DNA of 64,000 nucleotides from an uncultured Candidatus Actinomarina sp. GTDB taxonomy: Bacteria > Actinomycetota > Acidimicrobiia > Actinomarinales > Actinomarinaceae. The first letter of the stretch is position 1. Each line of letters opens with the position of its first letter. A program made the translations under genes and the position numbers. The stretch spans positions 16,720 to 80,719 of the forward strand of contig CACODT010000004.1 of assembly GCA_902626065.1 (NCBI GenBank), written 5' to 3'. The notes beneath the pieces were generated by a model that saw only the letters and a list, made by a program, of their open reading frames with translations, was not told the DNA's origin and ran no database searches. Of this stretch, positions 39,579-48,788 are shown one piece after another.

Positions 39579-40757
39579 TTATATAACTTCAAATAATCCT
39601 GCTGCACCCATTCCGCCACCGACACACATTGTAACAACTACAAATTTTGCATTTCTTCGTTTTCCTTCGATTAATGCATGCATTGTCATTCTTGCACCAG
39701 TCATTCCATAGGGGTGACCAATTGATATTGAGCCACCATTTACGTTATAAATACTATTATCAATACCTAACTCATCACGGCAATAGAGAGTTTGTACTGC
39801 AAAAGCTTCATTTAATTCCCATAGATCAATATCTTCGATTTTTAAATTAAATTTATTTAAAAGATCTGGAACTGCAAAAACAGGTCCAATACCCATTTCC
39901 TCTGGTGCTAACGCGGAAACAGTCATTCCACGATAATAACCAAGTGGCTCTAGACTTCTTTTCTCAGCCTCAGATGATTCCATTAATACTACTGCAGCTG
40001 AACCATCTGATAATTGGGAAGCATTGCCGGCAGTTATAAATTTGTCTTCACCATAAACAGGAGGAAGTGATGATAGGCCTTCCATATTTGTTTCGGGTCT
40101 ATTTCCTTCATCTTTTGTTAACACGACTTCTTCTTCTGAGACTTCTCCAGTCTCTTTGTTTTTTACTGATTTAGTTGTAACTGTTTGAATAATTTCATTA
40201 TCAAATTTACCTTCATTTTGTGCAGCTGCTGTTCGTTGCTGGCTTTGTAGTGAATATTCATCTTGATATTCTCTTGTTATATTGTATTTTTCTGCCACGA
40301 AGTCAGCTGTTTCAATCATTGGCATATAAGCATTCTCTGCAATTTTCATTACATTTGGATCTGGTGCAAACCGTAGTTCAGCTGTTTGTACGAGTGAAAT
40401 TGATTCAACACCACCTGCGACAACAACGTTCATATTATCTGTCATTATCTGCTTTGCACCTGTTGCAATTGCCATTAAGCCAGATGAACATTGCCTATCT
40501 ATTGTCATTCCTGGAACAGTAATTGGTAATCCGGCAGCAATACCACTTTGTCTCCCAATATTTATGGCTTGAGAGCCTTGTTGTTGAGCACAACCCATGA
40601 TTACATCTTCAATTTCATTTGGATCAACTTTTGCTCTTTCGACTGCTTCCTTTATAGAATAAGAACCTAAAGTTGGCGCTGCTGTGTTATTAAATGCTCC
40701 ACGATATGCTTTTCCTATTGGAGTTCTAGCTGCTGATACAATTACTGCTTCTCTCAT
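39579..40757 (-). CDS. Acetyl-CoA C-acyltransferase (thiolase)
   Basis: [39 protein letters not shown]. Confidence 0.95.
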   Translation of the reverse strand: MREAVIVSAARTPIGKAYRGAFNNTAAPTLGSYSIKEAVERAKVDPNEIEDVIMGCAQQQGSQAINIGRQSGIAAGLPITVPGMTIDRQCSSGLMAIATGAKQIMTDNMNVVVAGGVESISLVQTAELRFAPDPNVMKIAENAYMPMIETADFVAEKYNITREYQDEYSLQSQQRTAAAQNEGKFDNEIIQTVTTKSVKNKETGEVSEEEVVLTKDEGNRPETNMEGLSSLPPVYGEDKFITAGNASQLSDGSAAVVLMESSEAEKRSLEPLGYYRGMTVSALAPEEMGIGPVFAVPDLLNKFNLKIEDIDLWELNEAFAVQTLYCRDELGIDNSIYNVNGGSISIGHPYGMTGARMTMHALIEGKRRNAKFVVVTMCVGGGMGAAGLFEVI

Positions 40758-40772
40758 TTAATTCTCTTTCTG

Positions 40773-41234
40773 TTACTCAGTTACGATAAATAAAGTTAAA
40801 GGTTCAGCAATAGCGGCTGGTTTGTCTTTACCTTCAATCTCAATTGTAGCAGTATGTTTTGTTAACCATCTACCTGCCTTCTTGTATTGAACATCTGAGA
40901 GAACAAATCTTCCTCGAATTTTACTATTTACAGGAACGGCCTCCATGAATCGTACTTTATCAAGACCGTAATTAATTGCCATTTGAATATTTTCTGGCAT
41001 AACAGTGTTGTCTACTGAAAGATAAGTTAACATGCTTAAAGTTAAAAAACCATGTGCGATTGTGGATCCCCATGGTGTACTCTTTGCCATTTCTTCATCA
41101 ACATGTATAAATTGGTGGTCATTGGTTCCCTCTGCGAATTGATTGATTCTTTCCTGTGTCATTTCAAACCAATCAGAGACACCTACTTCTTGTCCTATAT
41201 ATTTTTCCATTTCTTCTGCTGGAACAATCGTCAT
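40773..41234 (-). CDS. MaoC-like (R)-enoyl-CoA hydratase
   Basis: QERINQFAEGTNDHQFIHVD, TIAHGFLTLS, NYGLDKVRF. Confidence 0.9.
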   Translation of the reverse strand: MTIVPAEEMEKYIGQEVGVSDWFEMTQERINQFAEGTNDHQFIHVDEEMAKSTPWGSTIAHGFLTLSMLTYLSVDNTVMPENIQMAINYGLDKVRFMEAVPVNSKIRGRFVLSDVQYKKAGRWLTKHTATIEIEGKDKPAAIAEPLTLFIVTE

Positions 41235-42247
41235 GTTATCTCCTCTAATAAATTTTTGCTTGCTGCTTTCTTAGCAAACATTATTGTACTGTTTTTAAAC
41301 GATTCTATTTCATTTTCATTTACTTTTCCATAGGAACCTAAAGAATATCTCACAAAAACCCCCTCCATAATCATTGCATGTTTCCAAAAAGATAATCTTG
41401 TATAAAATTCAATATTTCTCAAATCTAGACTCGAGCTATTTGAGTAATATTCAATTATATCTTTTCGTGATGGAAAACCATTTGAAAGTGTTGGTGAATA
41501 TACAAAAGGTGAATCTTTCTCAGTTTGATCATTCCATGATGCAATAACAGTTCCCAAATCAGCAAGAGGGTCTCCAAGTGTGCATAGTTCCCAATCTAAA
41601 ACTGCTGAAACTCTATTTTTATTTACACGTACATTATCTAATCTATAATCTCCATGAACAATCCTAACTATTTGTTGGGTTGGTATATTTTCTAGAAGTA
41701 AGGCTGTTGCTTTGTCAAGATCTTCTATATCTCTAACTTTTTGAGCTTGAAATTGTTTATTCCATCTTTTAATTTGTCTTTCGACATAATTTTCATGTTG
41801 ACCTAGATTGCTTAATTCAGAATCTACAACATTAAAATTATGAATTTCAAGTAAAGTTTCAATGAATGATTTTGAAATTATGTGCTTTTCTATCTCGTCA
41901 TAATTTTCTGCAACATCATAATTTGCTATAGTTGCACCCTCTATAAATTCCATAATATAAAAATCATCATTTGTAAGTTTCTTTTCATCATAGAGATATA
42001 AAGGTTTTGGAACTCTCAGTCCATTTTTATAAAGCACTTTCAATATTTTGTACTCACGACTCATATTATGAGCAGATTCCAATTTATTACCAAAAGGGGG
42101 TCTCCTCAGTACATACGTATTTGCATCATCTGATATTTTATAAGTTATATTTGATCTTCCAACTTTGAATTGTTCAAAGTCAAAATCCTCTGAAATATCA
42201 ATCTTTGATGATATAAAATTCTTGAGACGTTTTTCAAAAAAGTCCAT
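41231..42247 (-). CDS. APH-like phosphotransferase (ACAD10/11 kinase-domain / LvaA type)
   Basis: GRSNITY, VLRRPP, SAHNMSRE, HGDYRLDNV, VLDWELCTLGDPLADL. Confidence 0.88.
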   Translation of the reverse strand: MDFFEKRLKNFISSKIDISEDFDFEQFKVGRSNITYKISDDANTYVLRRPPFGNKLESAHNMSREYKILKVLYKNGLRVPKPLYLYDEKKLTNDDFYIMEFIEGATIANYDVAENYDEIEKHIISKSFIETLLEIHNFNVVDSELSNLGQHENYVERQIKRWNKQFQAQKVRDIEDLDKATALLLENIPTQQIVRIVHGDYRLDNVRVNKNRVSAVLDWELCTLGDPLADLGTVIASWNDQTEKDSPFVYSPTLSNGFPSRKDIIEYYSNSSSLDLRNIEFYTRLSFWKHAMIMEGVFVRYSLGSYGKVNENEIESFKNSTIMFAKKAASKNLLEEIT

Positions 42248-42307
42248 TTAAAAACATATTAATGAAAGTTTTTTGGTTCAGTTGTTTATATTGATACAAT
42301 AAAAACA

Positions 42308-43513
42308 ATGGATTTTAATTTTTCAAACGAATCGTTAGAACTACAAAATAAATTACAGACTTTTTTTGATAAACATATTTATCCAAATGAAGAAGCTTAT
42401 GAAAAAGCAATTTATGATTCCGGTGACCCATTGCATATTCCAGAGTTACTTAATGATTTGAAAGAAAAAGCTAGAAAAGAAAAACTATGGAATTTATTCC
42501 TGCCTGATAAACAGTATGGTTATGGCCTTTCAAATGTCGATTATGCACCTCTTGCGGAAATTACAGGACATAATTGGTGGGCACCAGAAGTATTTAATTG
42601 TTCTGCGCCAGATACGGGAAATATGGAAATACTAGCCGAGTTTGGAACAGAAGATCAAAAAGATCAATGGTTAAAGCCTCTTTTAGATGGAGAGATAAGA
42701 TCATGTTTTGCAATGACTGAACCCAACGTTGCCTCCTCAGATGCTACTAACATTAGTAGTTCAATTGTCAGTGATGGTGACAATTATGTAATCAATGGTA
42801 GAAAATGGTGGACATCTAATGCAATAAATCCAAATGCAAAAATTTGTATATTTATGGGTGTTACAAATCCAGATAACCCTCCACACCAAAGGCAAAGTCA
42901 AGTTTTAATACCTATGGACAGTGATGGACTGTCAATAGTTAGACCAATGCAGGTTTTTGGATACGATGATGGATATACAGGTCATCCAGAACTACTTTTC
43001 GAAAATGTAGTTGTTCCAAAATCAAACATTATTGGAGGAGAAGGTATGGGATTTAAAATTGCTCAAGCAAGACTAGGTCCAGGACGTATCCATCATTGTA
43101 TGAGAGCTATAGGGATGGCCGAAAGAGCATTATCCATGATGATTAACCGTTCATTAGAAAGGGAAACTTTTGGTCAAAAACTAGCAGAACAAGGTGTAAT
43201 TCAAGACTGGATTGCAAGATCGAGAATAAAAATTGAAGAGGCAAGATTACTTACTTTAAAAACTGCATGGTTGATAGATACTGTAGGTAAAGAAGAAGCA
43301 AAAATAGAAATTTCTTCTATAAAAGTTTCTGTAGTTGAAGCCGCCTCTTATGTGATAGACAAAGCCATACAAACACACGGGGCAATGGGGCTTTCTCAAG
43401 ACACTCCACTTGCAAGAATGTCTGCAGGTGCAAGGGTATTGAGAATAGCAGATGGTCCTGATGAAGTTCATTTAAGGTCAATTGCAAGAAGAGAAATAAA
43501 TAAACATAGGTAA
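42308..43513 (+). CDS. Acyl-CoA dehydrogenase (ACAD10/11 / LvaC type)
   Basis: WNLFLP, APEVFNCSAPDTGNME, MTEPNVASSDA, RLGPGRIHHCMR, RIADGPDEVH. Confidence 0.9.
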   Translation: MDFNFSNESLELQNKLQTFFDKHIYPNEEAYEKAIYDSGDPLHIPELLNDLKEKARKEKLWNLFLPDKQYGYGLSNVDYAPLAEITGHNWWAPEVFNCSAPDTGNMEILAEFGTEDQKDQWLKPLLDGEIRSCFAMTEPNVASSDATNISSSIVSDGDNYVINGRKWWTSNAINPNAKICIFMGVTNPDNPPHQRQSQVLIPMDSDGLSIVRPMQVFGYDDGYTGHPELLFENVVVPKSNIIGGEGMGFKIAQARLGPGRIHHCMRAIGMAERALSMMINRSLERETFGQKLAEQGVIQDWIARSRIKIEEARLLTLKTAWLIDTVGKEEAKIEISSIKVSVVEAASYVIDKAIQTHGAMGLSQDTPLARMSAGARVLRIADGPDEVHLRSIARREINKHR

Positions 43514-43515
43514 AA

Positions 43516-44382
43516 ATGGAAAATGTTGCAGTCATAGGTGGAGGGCAAATGGGAAGCCAAATTGCAGCATTATCTGCTATGTCTGGTCATAAAACATCTA
43601 TTTATGACAATAACAAGGATTATTTGAATGAAAAATTAGTGTTCACTAAAAACAATATTGAAAATTTAGTTTCAAAAAAAATTTTAGATCAAAAAAAATA
43701 TGACAGTTATATTAAGAACTTAGAAGTTTGTGAAACTTTAGAAGATGCTGTTAAAAATAAGACTTTTGTTATTGAAGCAGTAGTTGAAAGATTTGAAATT
43801 AAAAAAGAAATATTTGAAAAAATATCAAACCTCCTAGATGAAAATGTTGTCCTAGCAACTAACAGTTCATTCATTGCTGCTTCTGAAATTGCAAGAACTT
43901 GTAAACATCCTGAAAGATTCCTAAACATGCACTTTTTCTATCCACCATTAAGAATGGATTTGATTGAAATATCTTTTCCTGAAAGTACTAAAGAAGAGGT
44001 TGTAAATAGAACTAAAGATATAAGTAAACTGATGGGTAGGACGGTTGTAACCCTTAAAAAAGAAACACCAGGGTTTATTGTTAATAGAATGTTGGGAGCA
44101 CTAATTGATGAGGCTTACGAACTTTATGATGAGGGAATCGCAGATTTTAAGGAAATTGATTTAGCTATAAAGAAAGGTCTTAATCATCCTTTAGGGCCTT
44201 TTGAGTTAACTGATTACTCAGGACTTGATATTAGTTATTACTCTAAACTTAAAATCTATAATGAAACTAAAAATCCTAAAGATAAACCAAAAAAATTTCT
44301 TGAAGAAAAAGTTAAAGATGGGAAATTAGGAGTTAAAACTGGCGAAGGTTTTTATTCTTATGATAAGTCTTCAAAATCTTGA
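43516..44382 (+). CDS. 3-hydroxyacyl-CoA dehydrogenase
   Basis: VIGGGQMG, IEAVVE, ATNSS, MHFFYP, PGFIVNR, HPLGPFELTD, GKLGVKTGEGFY. Confidence 0.92.
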   Translation: MENVAVIGGGQMGSQIAALSAMSGHKTSIYDNNKDYLNEKLVFTKNNIENLVSKKILDQKKYDSYIKNLEVCETLEDAVKNKTFVIEAVVERFEIKKEIFEKISNLLDENVVLATNSSFIAASEIARTCKHPERFLNMHFFYPPLRMDLIEISFPESTKEEVVNRTKDISKLMGRTVVTLKKETPGFIVNRMLGALIDEAYELYDEGIADFKEIDLAIKKGLNHPLGPFELTDYSGLDISYYSKLKIYNETKNPKDKPKKFLEEKVKDGKLGVKTGEGFYSYDKSSKS

Positions 44383-44777
44383 TCTTTTAAATTAAAAAAG
44401 AATTCTCTTTCAGGTTTAATTTTTAGTACGATTCTTTCAGATTGTATTTCAAAAGGGTATGGTTTGTTCCAATATTTTTGAGATAGTTCATTAATATTTT
44501 CCAACGCTTCTTTACCTGTTATCTCTCCAACTACATTTCCCCTTACTTCTACAAATTTAAATTCGTTATCACTTTTCCAAATCATGACAGTTACTCTTGG
44601 ATCATTTTTTATATTGAGATATTTTCTTCTATGAATTTCTGTATTTATTAATATATTTTCTCCATCTGTATCAACCCACATTACATGTGTTTGTGGAGAG
44701 CCATTATCAAATAAAGTAGTTAAAGCTGCATAATTTGGCTCTTTTGCCATTGCAATGGTTTTTTTATCTAAACTCAT
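44358..44777 (-). CDS. PPOX-class F420-dependent oxidoreductase
   Basis: AALTTLFDNGSPQTHVMW, RKYLNIKNDPRVTV, VEVRG. Start set at ATG 44777; the longer track ORF overlaps dtd. Confidence 0.82.
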   Translation of the reverse strand: MSLDKKTIAMAKEPNYAALTTLFDNGSPQTHVMWVDTDGENILINTEIHRRKYLNIKNDPRVTVMIWKSDNEFKFVEVRGNVVGEITGKEALENINELSQKYWNKPYPFEIQSERIVLKIKPEREFFFNLKDQDFEDLS

Positions 44778-44796
44778 ACAACTATCATAGAATGAT

Positions 44797-45252
44797 ATGA
44801 AAGTTGTTTTGCAAAGAGTTAAAACTGCATCTGTAAAAGTTGATAATAATGAAATTTCAAAAATTGATAATGGATTATTACTTTTATGGGGTATCGAAAA
44901 AGGTGATGTTGAAACAGATATTGAAAACCTTACAAGAAAAATAATCAATCTTAGAATTTTCTCTGATGAGCAAGGAAAAATGAATAAATCAATAGTTGAC
45001 ATTAGTGGAGAGATATTATTAGTTAGCCAATTTACCTTAAATGCGAATATTCAAAAAGGAAACAGGCCATCGTTTATCAATTCTGAAGAACCAGATATTG
45101 CAGAAAAAATGATTGAAAAAGTCGCAATTGAACTTTCAAATTCTTTAACTGTAAAACAAGGAATATTTGGTGCTTTTATGGAAGTTTCACTTATTAACGA
45201 TGGCCCCTTAACAATGTTTATAGAGTCTAAAGACGGAAGATTAGTTACTTAA
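44797..45252 (+). CDS. dtd: D-aminoacyl-tRNA deacylase
   Basis: MKVVLQRV, LRIF, LVSQFTL, GNRPSF, FGAFMEVSLINDGP. Confidence 0.95.
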   Translation: MKVVLQRVKTASVKVDNNEISKIDNGLLLLWGIEKGDVETDIENLTRKIINLRIFSDEQGKMNKSIVDISGEILLVSQFTLNANIQKGNRPSFINSEEPDIAEKMIEKVAIELSNSLTVKQGIFGAFMEVSLINDGPLTMFIESKDGRLVT

Positions 45253-45677
45253 GCTGACTGAAGTTTTATATTTTTCTTGCCTTCTTCATTGCTTAGTTTT
45301 TTATCAAGATAATATTCTTCACCAGCCCATAAATGAAGACCTAGTCCTAATTTCATCGCACATCTTTTAAATGCATCTGACTCAGCATGTTTTGCATTAG
45401 TACCGTCACTTCCTTGATCATGCTCAACATCACCAATAGATGTAACTGTTACAGATTTTCCATCAATTTCTAAAGTTAATTTGCCAAAACAGCCAACAAC
45501 TTTACCAGTTTTTTCTTGCCTTATTAATTCAACGACCTCCCAATTAAATGGTCCACAGACCTCTAGTAATCTTTGAGTGATTACAGAATGAGGTATGTAA
45601 TTTCCAAATTTTCCTTTAGGTGCAGGTTTTATCCACTCATCTGGAAATTGTCTTGCTAATTCGTATAATTGGTTCAT
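45249..45677 (-). CDS. Rad52/Rad22-like (phage Sak-type) single-strand annealing protein
   Basis: YIPHSVITQRLLEVCGPFNWE and KHAESDAFKRCAMKLGLGLHLW match the Rad52 core (Y....V..RL..V.G...W; K.A.SDA.KRAA...G.G..L). Confidence 0.72.
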   Translation of the reverse strand: MNQLYELARQFPDEWIKPAPKGKFGNYIPHSVITQRLLEVCGPFNWEVVELIRQEKTGKVVGCFGKLTLEIDGKSVTVTSIGDVEHDQGSDGTNAKHAESDAFKRCAMKLGLGLHLWAGEEYYLDKKLSNEEGKKNIKLQSA

Positions 45678-46237
45678 CTCTTCCTTTCTTTATGATTTAA
45701 TTCTTTAGCCCATTTTGGTGCTGATAAACTGTTTGTGTTTATACTTTTCAATTCTGCTTTTTCTTTCCATTCTTTGTATAAAAAAGTATCACGTATCATT
45801 TCAGGATTAATATTTTTAAATTTAGAAAAAGCATCTAAACCTTTTAGCTTTGGAACAAATGTGGTTCCTAGTATTGAAAGTAAAGAATCAATTAATTGAT
45901 CATTGTCATCAGATTTTGCAATTAACCATTCGAGCAACTTTCTTAAATTATGAACCTTCCAACTATAGGATTTATTAAACACAAAAACTTCATCCCCAAG
46001 TCTAATTGGCCCATTTTTATCTATATTTCGGGCAATATTTTGATCATTAAATGTTTTAATATTTGAAGACACATTTTTGACTGTTGAGCTGGTGTTTCTT
46101 GCAATCCATAATGATTCTATATCGTTTGTTTTTGATAATTTCTCACCATACTCGGTTACTGTAATGTCAAAATCATCAGTTTCTTGATATGATATTTCCT
46201 TTGTTAGAGACAAAATATTGTCGAGATTATTGTTCAT
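45674..46237 (-). CDS. Hypothetical protein coupled to the Rad52-like gene
   Basis: AAGGA RBS upstream; 4-nt overlap with the downstream gene; family not recognised. Confidence 0.7.
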   Translation of the reverse strand: MNNNLDNILSLTKEISYQETDDFDITVTEYGEKLSKTNDIESLWIARNTSSTVKNVSSNIKTFNDQNIARNIDKNGPIRLGDEVFVFNKSYSWKVHNLRKLLEWLIAKSDDNDQLIDSLLSILGTTFVPKLKGLDAFSKFKNINPEMIRDTFLYKEWKEKAELKSINTNSLSAPKWAKELNHKERKR

Positions 46238-46251
46238 AGATTGTTCCTTGG

Positions 46252-46368
46252 TTAAGCAGCTTTTCTATAATCTTCATGACATTTGCAGTTATCGCTATGT
46301 TTGTAGCAAATAACAATTGCTTCTAAGCCACATGATTTTAGAATATTTTCAATTTTTTTATTGTTCAT
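46252..46368 (-). CDS. Putative 38-aa Cys/His-rich small protein
   Basis: My translation: MNNKKIENILKSCGLEAIVICYKHSDNCKCHEDYRKAA. It ends 14 nt before the next start. Not in the ORF track; RBS weak. Confidence 0.45.
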   Translation of the reverse strand: MNNKKIENILKSCGLEAIVICYKHSDNCKCHEDYRKAA

Positions 46369-46450
46369 ATATGCAACTTTAGGAATTACCTACGACAAAA
46401 AATTAAAAAATCATACATGTACAAAATTTTTTTAATAATATGACCATGTA

Positions 46451-47713
46451 ATGACAAATTCAGATTTATTCGAATCAAATATGTATAAAGAAGTCATAAA
46501 ACAATATGATGAAGTCACAGAGTTTATAAATTTAGATTCAAATATTAGAGAAAGATTAAAACTTCCACAAAGAGCATTGACTGTTACGTTTCCGTTCAGA
46601 AGAGATGAATATGATGAAGTAGAAACTGTTGTAGGTTATAGAGTCCAACATGTTTTATCAATGGGTCCTACAAAAGGTGGAATCAGATATGCTTCTAATG
46701 TTAATTTAGGTGAGGTGACCGCTCTGGCAATTTTAATGTCTTGGAAGTCAGCAATTGTTGGCTTACCCTATGGTGGAGCAAAAGGAGGAGTCGCAATAGA
46801 TCCAACTCCACTTTCAAGACCAGAAAAACAAAGAGTTACCAGGAGATATACTGCAGAACTCCTCCCATTAATTGGTGTTGACAAAGATATTCCTGGACCC
46901 GATCTTGGCACAGATGAGCAAACAATGGCTTGGATAATGGATACTTATAGTAATTTTGTTGGTTCACCAAAGCCTGGAATTGTTACTGGTAAACCTGCAT
47001 CACTAGGTGGATCAATTACTAGAAGGGAGGCTACAGGCAGGGGTGCTGTAGCTATTGCTAATGCAGCGTTAGATAAATTAAAAATGAAATATCAAGAATC
47101 TACAGTAGTTATTCAAGGATTTGGAAATGTTGGCCGTTATGCAGCTCTCGATTCATATGAGAGGGGAGCAAAAGTAATAGCAGTCAATGATTTGGGTGGT
47201 GCTACCTATAACGAAAATGGATTAAACATACCTGAACTTTTTAAACATATCGCAAAAAATAAATCGGTAAGCAACTTTGATGGAGGAGACAATTTCCAGG
47301 ATGATATTCTTGAAATGCAATGTGATATATTAATTCCTGCTGCAATTGGTGGAGTAATCAACTCTTCAAATGCAGAAAATATTCAAGCAAAAATAATTGT
47401 AGAAGGTGCAAACTCCCCAACAACTCTTAATGCTGATAAAAAACTTAGAGATAATGGAGTCATATTAATTCCAGACATACTTGCAAATGCCGGTGGAGTT
47501 ACTGCTAGTTATTTTGAATGGGTTCAAAATACTCAAAATTATCTTTGGAAAGAAAAAGAGTTACATGAACGTTTAATAGATGTATTAACGTCAGCCTTTG
47601 AAGAAGTATGGGTTATTTCTGAAAAAAATAATACTGATTTAAGAACGGCAGCCTTAATAAAAGGTATTAAAAAAGTTGCTGCAGCAAAACTAACTCGAGG
47701 ATTATTTCCTTAA
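46451..47713 (+). CDS. gdhA: Glutamate dehydrogenase (Glu/Leu/Phe/Val dehydrogenase family)
   Basis: GPTKGGIRY, GGAKGG, VTGKP, REATGRG, QGFGNVG, EGAN, PDILANAGGV. Confidence 0.9.
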   Translation: MTNSDLFESNMYKEVIKQYDEVTEFINLDSNIRERLKLPQRALTVTFPFRRDEYDEVETVVGYRVQHVLSMGPTKGGIRYASNVNLGEVTALAILMSWKSAIVGLPYGGAKGGVAIDPTPLSRPEKQRVTRRYTAELLPLIGVDKDIPGPDLGTDEQTMAWIMDTYSNFVGSPKPGIVTGKPASLGGSITRREATGRGAVAIANAALDKLKMKYQESTVVIQGFGNVGRYAALDSYERGAKVIAVNDLGGATYNENGLNIPELFKHIAKNKSVSNFDGGDNFQDDILEMQCDILIPAAIGGVINSSNAENIQAKIIVEGANSPTTLNADKKLRDNGVILIPDILANAGGVTASYFEWVQNTQNYLWKEKELHERLIDVLTSAFEEVWVISEKNNTDLRTAALIKGIKKVAAAKLTRGLFP

Positions 47714-48673
47714 AATTTTTTCTATCGTCGATACGGTGTTATTCTTTTTTTCATTAACATCGTCCAACATAATCTTTATTGCATTTAGATTTGTATTTTT
47801 AAGTGGACTATTTTCCGGTAACTTTTCTAAACCTCCAACCAAATCTATTGCTTCTAATGTGTCATTAATTTCATTTATTACACTGTTGTATTTTTCTAAT
47901 TTATCAGTGTTTGGTACGTTATTATTAAATTCTGGACAAATTGGTTTGTAATAACACCAGTTACATAATGCATTTTTGTTGGTAGGAAATTCTTTATTTT
48001 TTATAGCCTTTTTTATATTATTCCAAATTTCAATAATCTCATTTTCAGCATCTAAGAGCATTTGTTTGCTTACTTTCAATGTATGAATGGTTGAATTTTG
48101 TAAATATATTAGTTTTAGTTCACTTGGTGTTTCACCTAGTTCTTTTTCTATTAATAATGCATATAGTTTAAGTGCAAAAAATCTTGACTCTTTATATTTT
48201 GAACTTGGTGCCTTCCCTGATTTGTAGTCAACGATAATTAGATTCCCATTAGAATCACGGTCCATTCTATCAAGTATCCCTCTTAGGTTGACATCTTCAA
48301 TTGTTCCTCTTACCCATCTTTCTCGTTCTAGCGGCTCAAATTTTGATGGATTTTCTAAATTTAAATAATTTGATAATAATTGAAGTGCATCCAGTCCCCA
48401 TGCCCTTTCATCCTCAACATTGTCAAATAAGTGTACATGCTCATCATTAGATCGAACATCTGTCCAAACTTTTCTAAACAAGTTGTGTAAGTTTTCAGTG
48501 TTTCTTTCTTCTTTTGGAAGATCGAATAATTTTTCTAAAGCTTCATGGACTGTTGTTCCCTTTGCCTGTACTTCATTTGTAGGTTCTTTTATTTTGTCAA
48601 TATTGGCAAATTTAAACTGCCTAGGGCAAGTTTTAAACTGTGATGCTCTCGATGGAGACAAATTTTTTAACAT
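47702..48673 (-). CDS. PD-(D/E)XK nuclease, RecB/Cas4-like, with four-Cys (Fe-S) motif
   Basis: LSPSR...CPRQF, GTTVHEAL, RGILDR, IVDYKSG, LYA, CNWCYYKPIC; about 70-aa C-terminal extension. Confidence 0.88.
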   Translation of the reverse strand: MLKNLSPSRASQFKTCPRQFKFANIDKIKEPTNEVQAKGTTVHEALEKLFDLPKEERNTENLHNLFRKVWTDVRSNDEHVHLFDNVEDERAWGLDALQLLSNYLNLENPSKFEPLERERWVRGTIEDVNLRGILDRMDRDSNGNLIIVDYKSGKAPSSKYKESRFFALKLYALLIEKELGETPSELKLIYLQNSTIHTLKVSKQMLLDAENEIIEIWNNIKKAIKNKEFPTNKNALCNWCYYKPICPEFNNNVPNTDKLEKYNSVINEINDTLEAIDLVGGLEKLPENSPLKNTNLNAIKIMLDDVNEKKNNTVSTIEKILRK

Positions 48674-48788
48674 ATATAAATTTTAACTACTAGAAATGAC
48701 AATTCTTTGTTTTGTGTACTAAATACGGAACTAACAAATTAACAAGAGCAGTTCTTAATTTATCTCAAAGCTCTATTATTCTTAAAAT

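Noticed and set aside
41231-42247. Aminoglycoside resistance kinase
   Set aside because: Motifs (VLRRPP, SAHNMSRE) and the adjacent ACAD10/11-type dehydrogenase point to acyl-CoA metabolism.
46369-46450. TACATGTA palindrome in the divergent annealase/gdh spacer as an operator; SOS box search
   Set aside because: An 8-bp palindrome alone is not enough, and no GAAC-N4-GTTC LexA box was seen here or upstream of the nuclease.
47702-48673. Cas4-like gene as part of a CRISPR-Cas locus
   Set aside because: No cas1/cas2 and no repeat-spacer array in the window.
45249-48673. Prophage
   Set aside because: No integrase, terminase, structural or lysis genes; housekeeping genes flank and interrupt the block.
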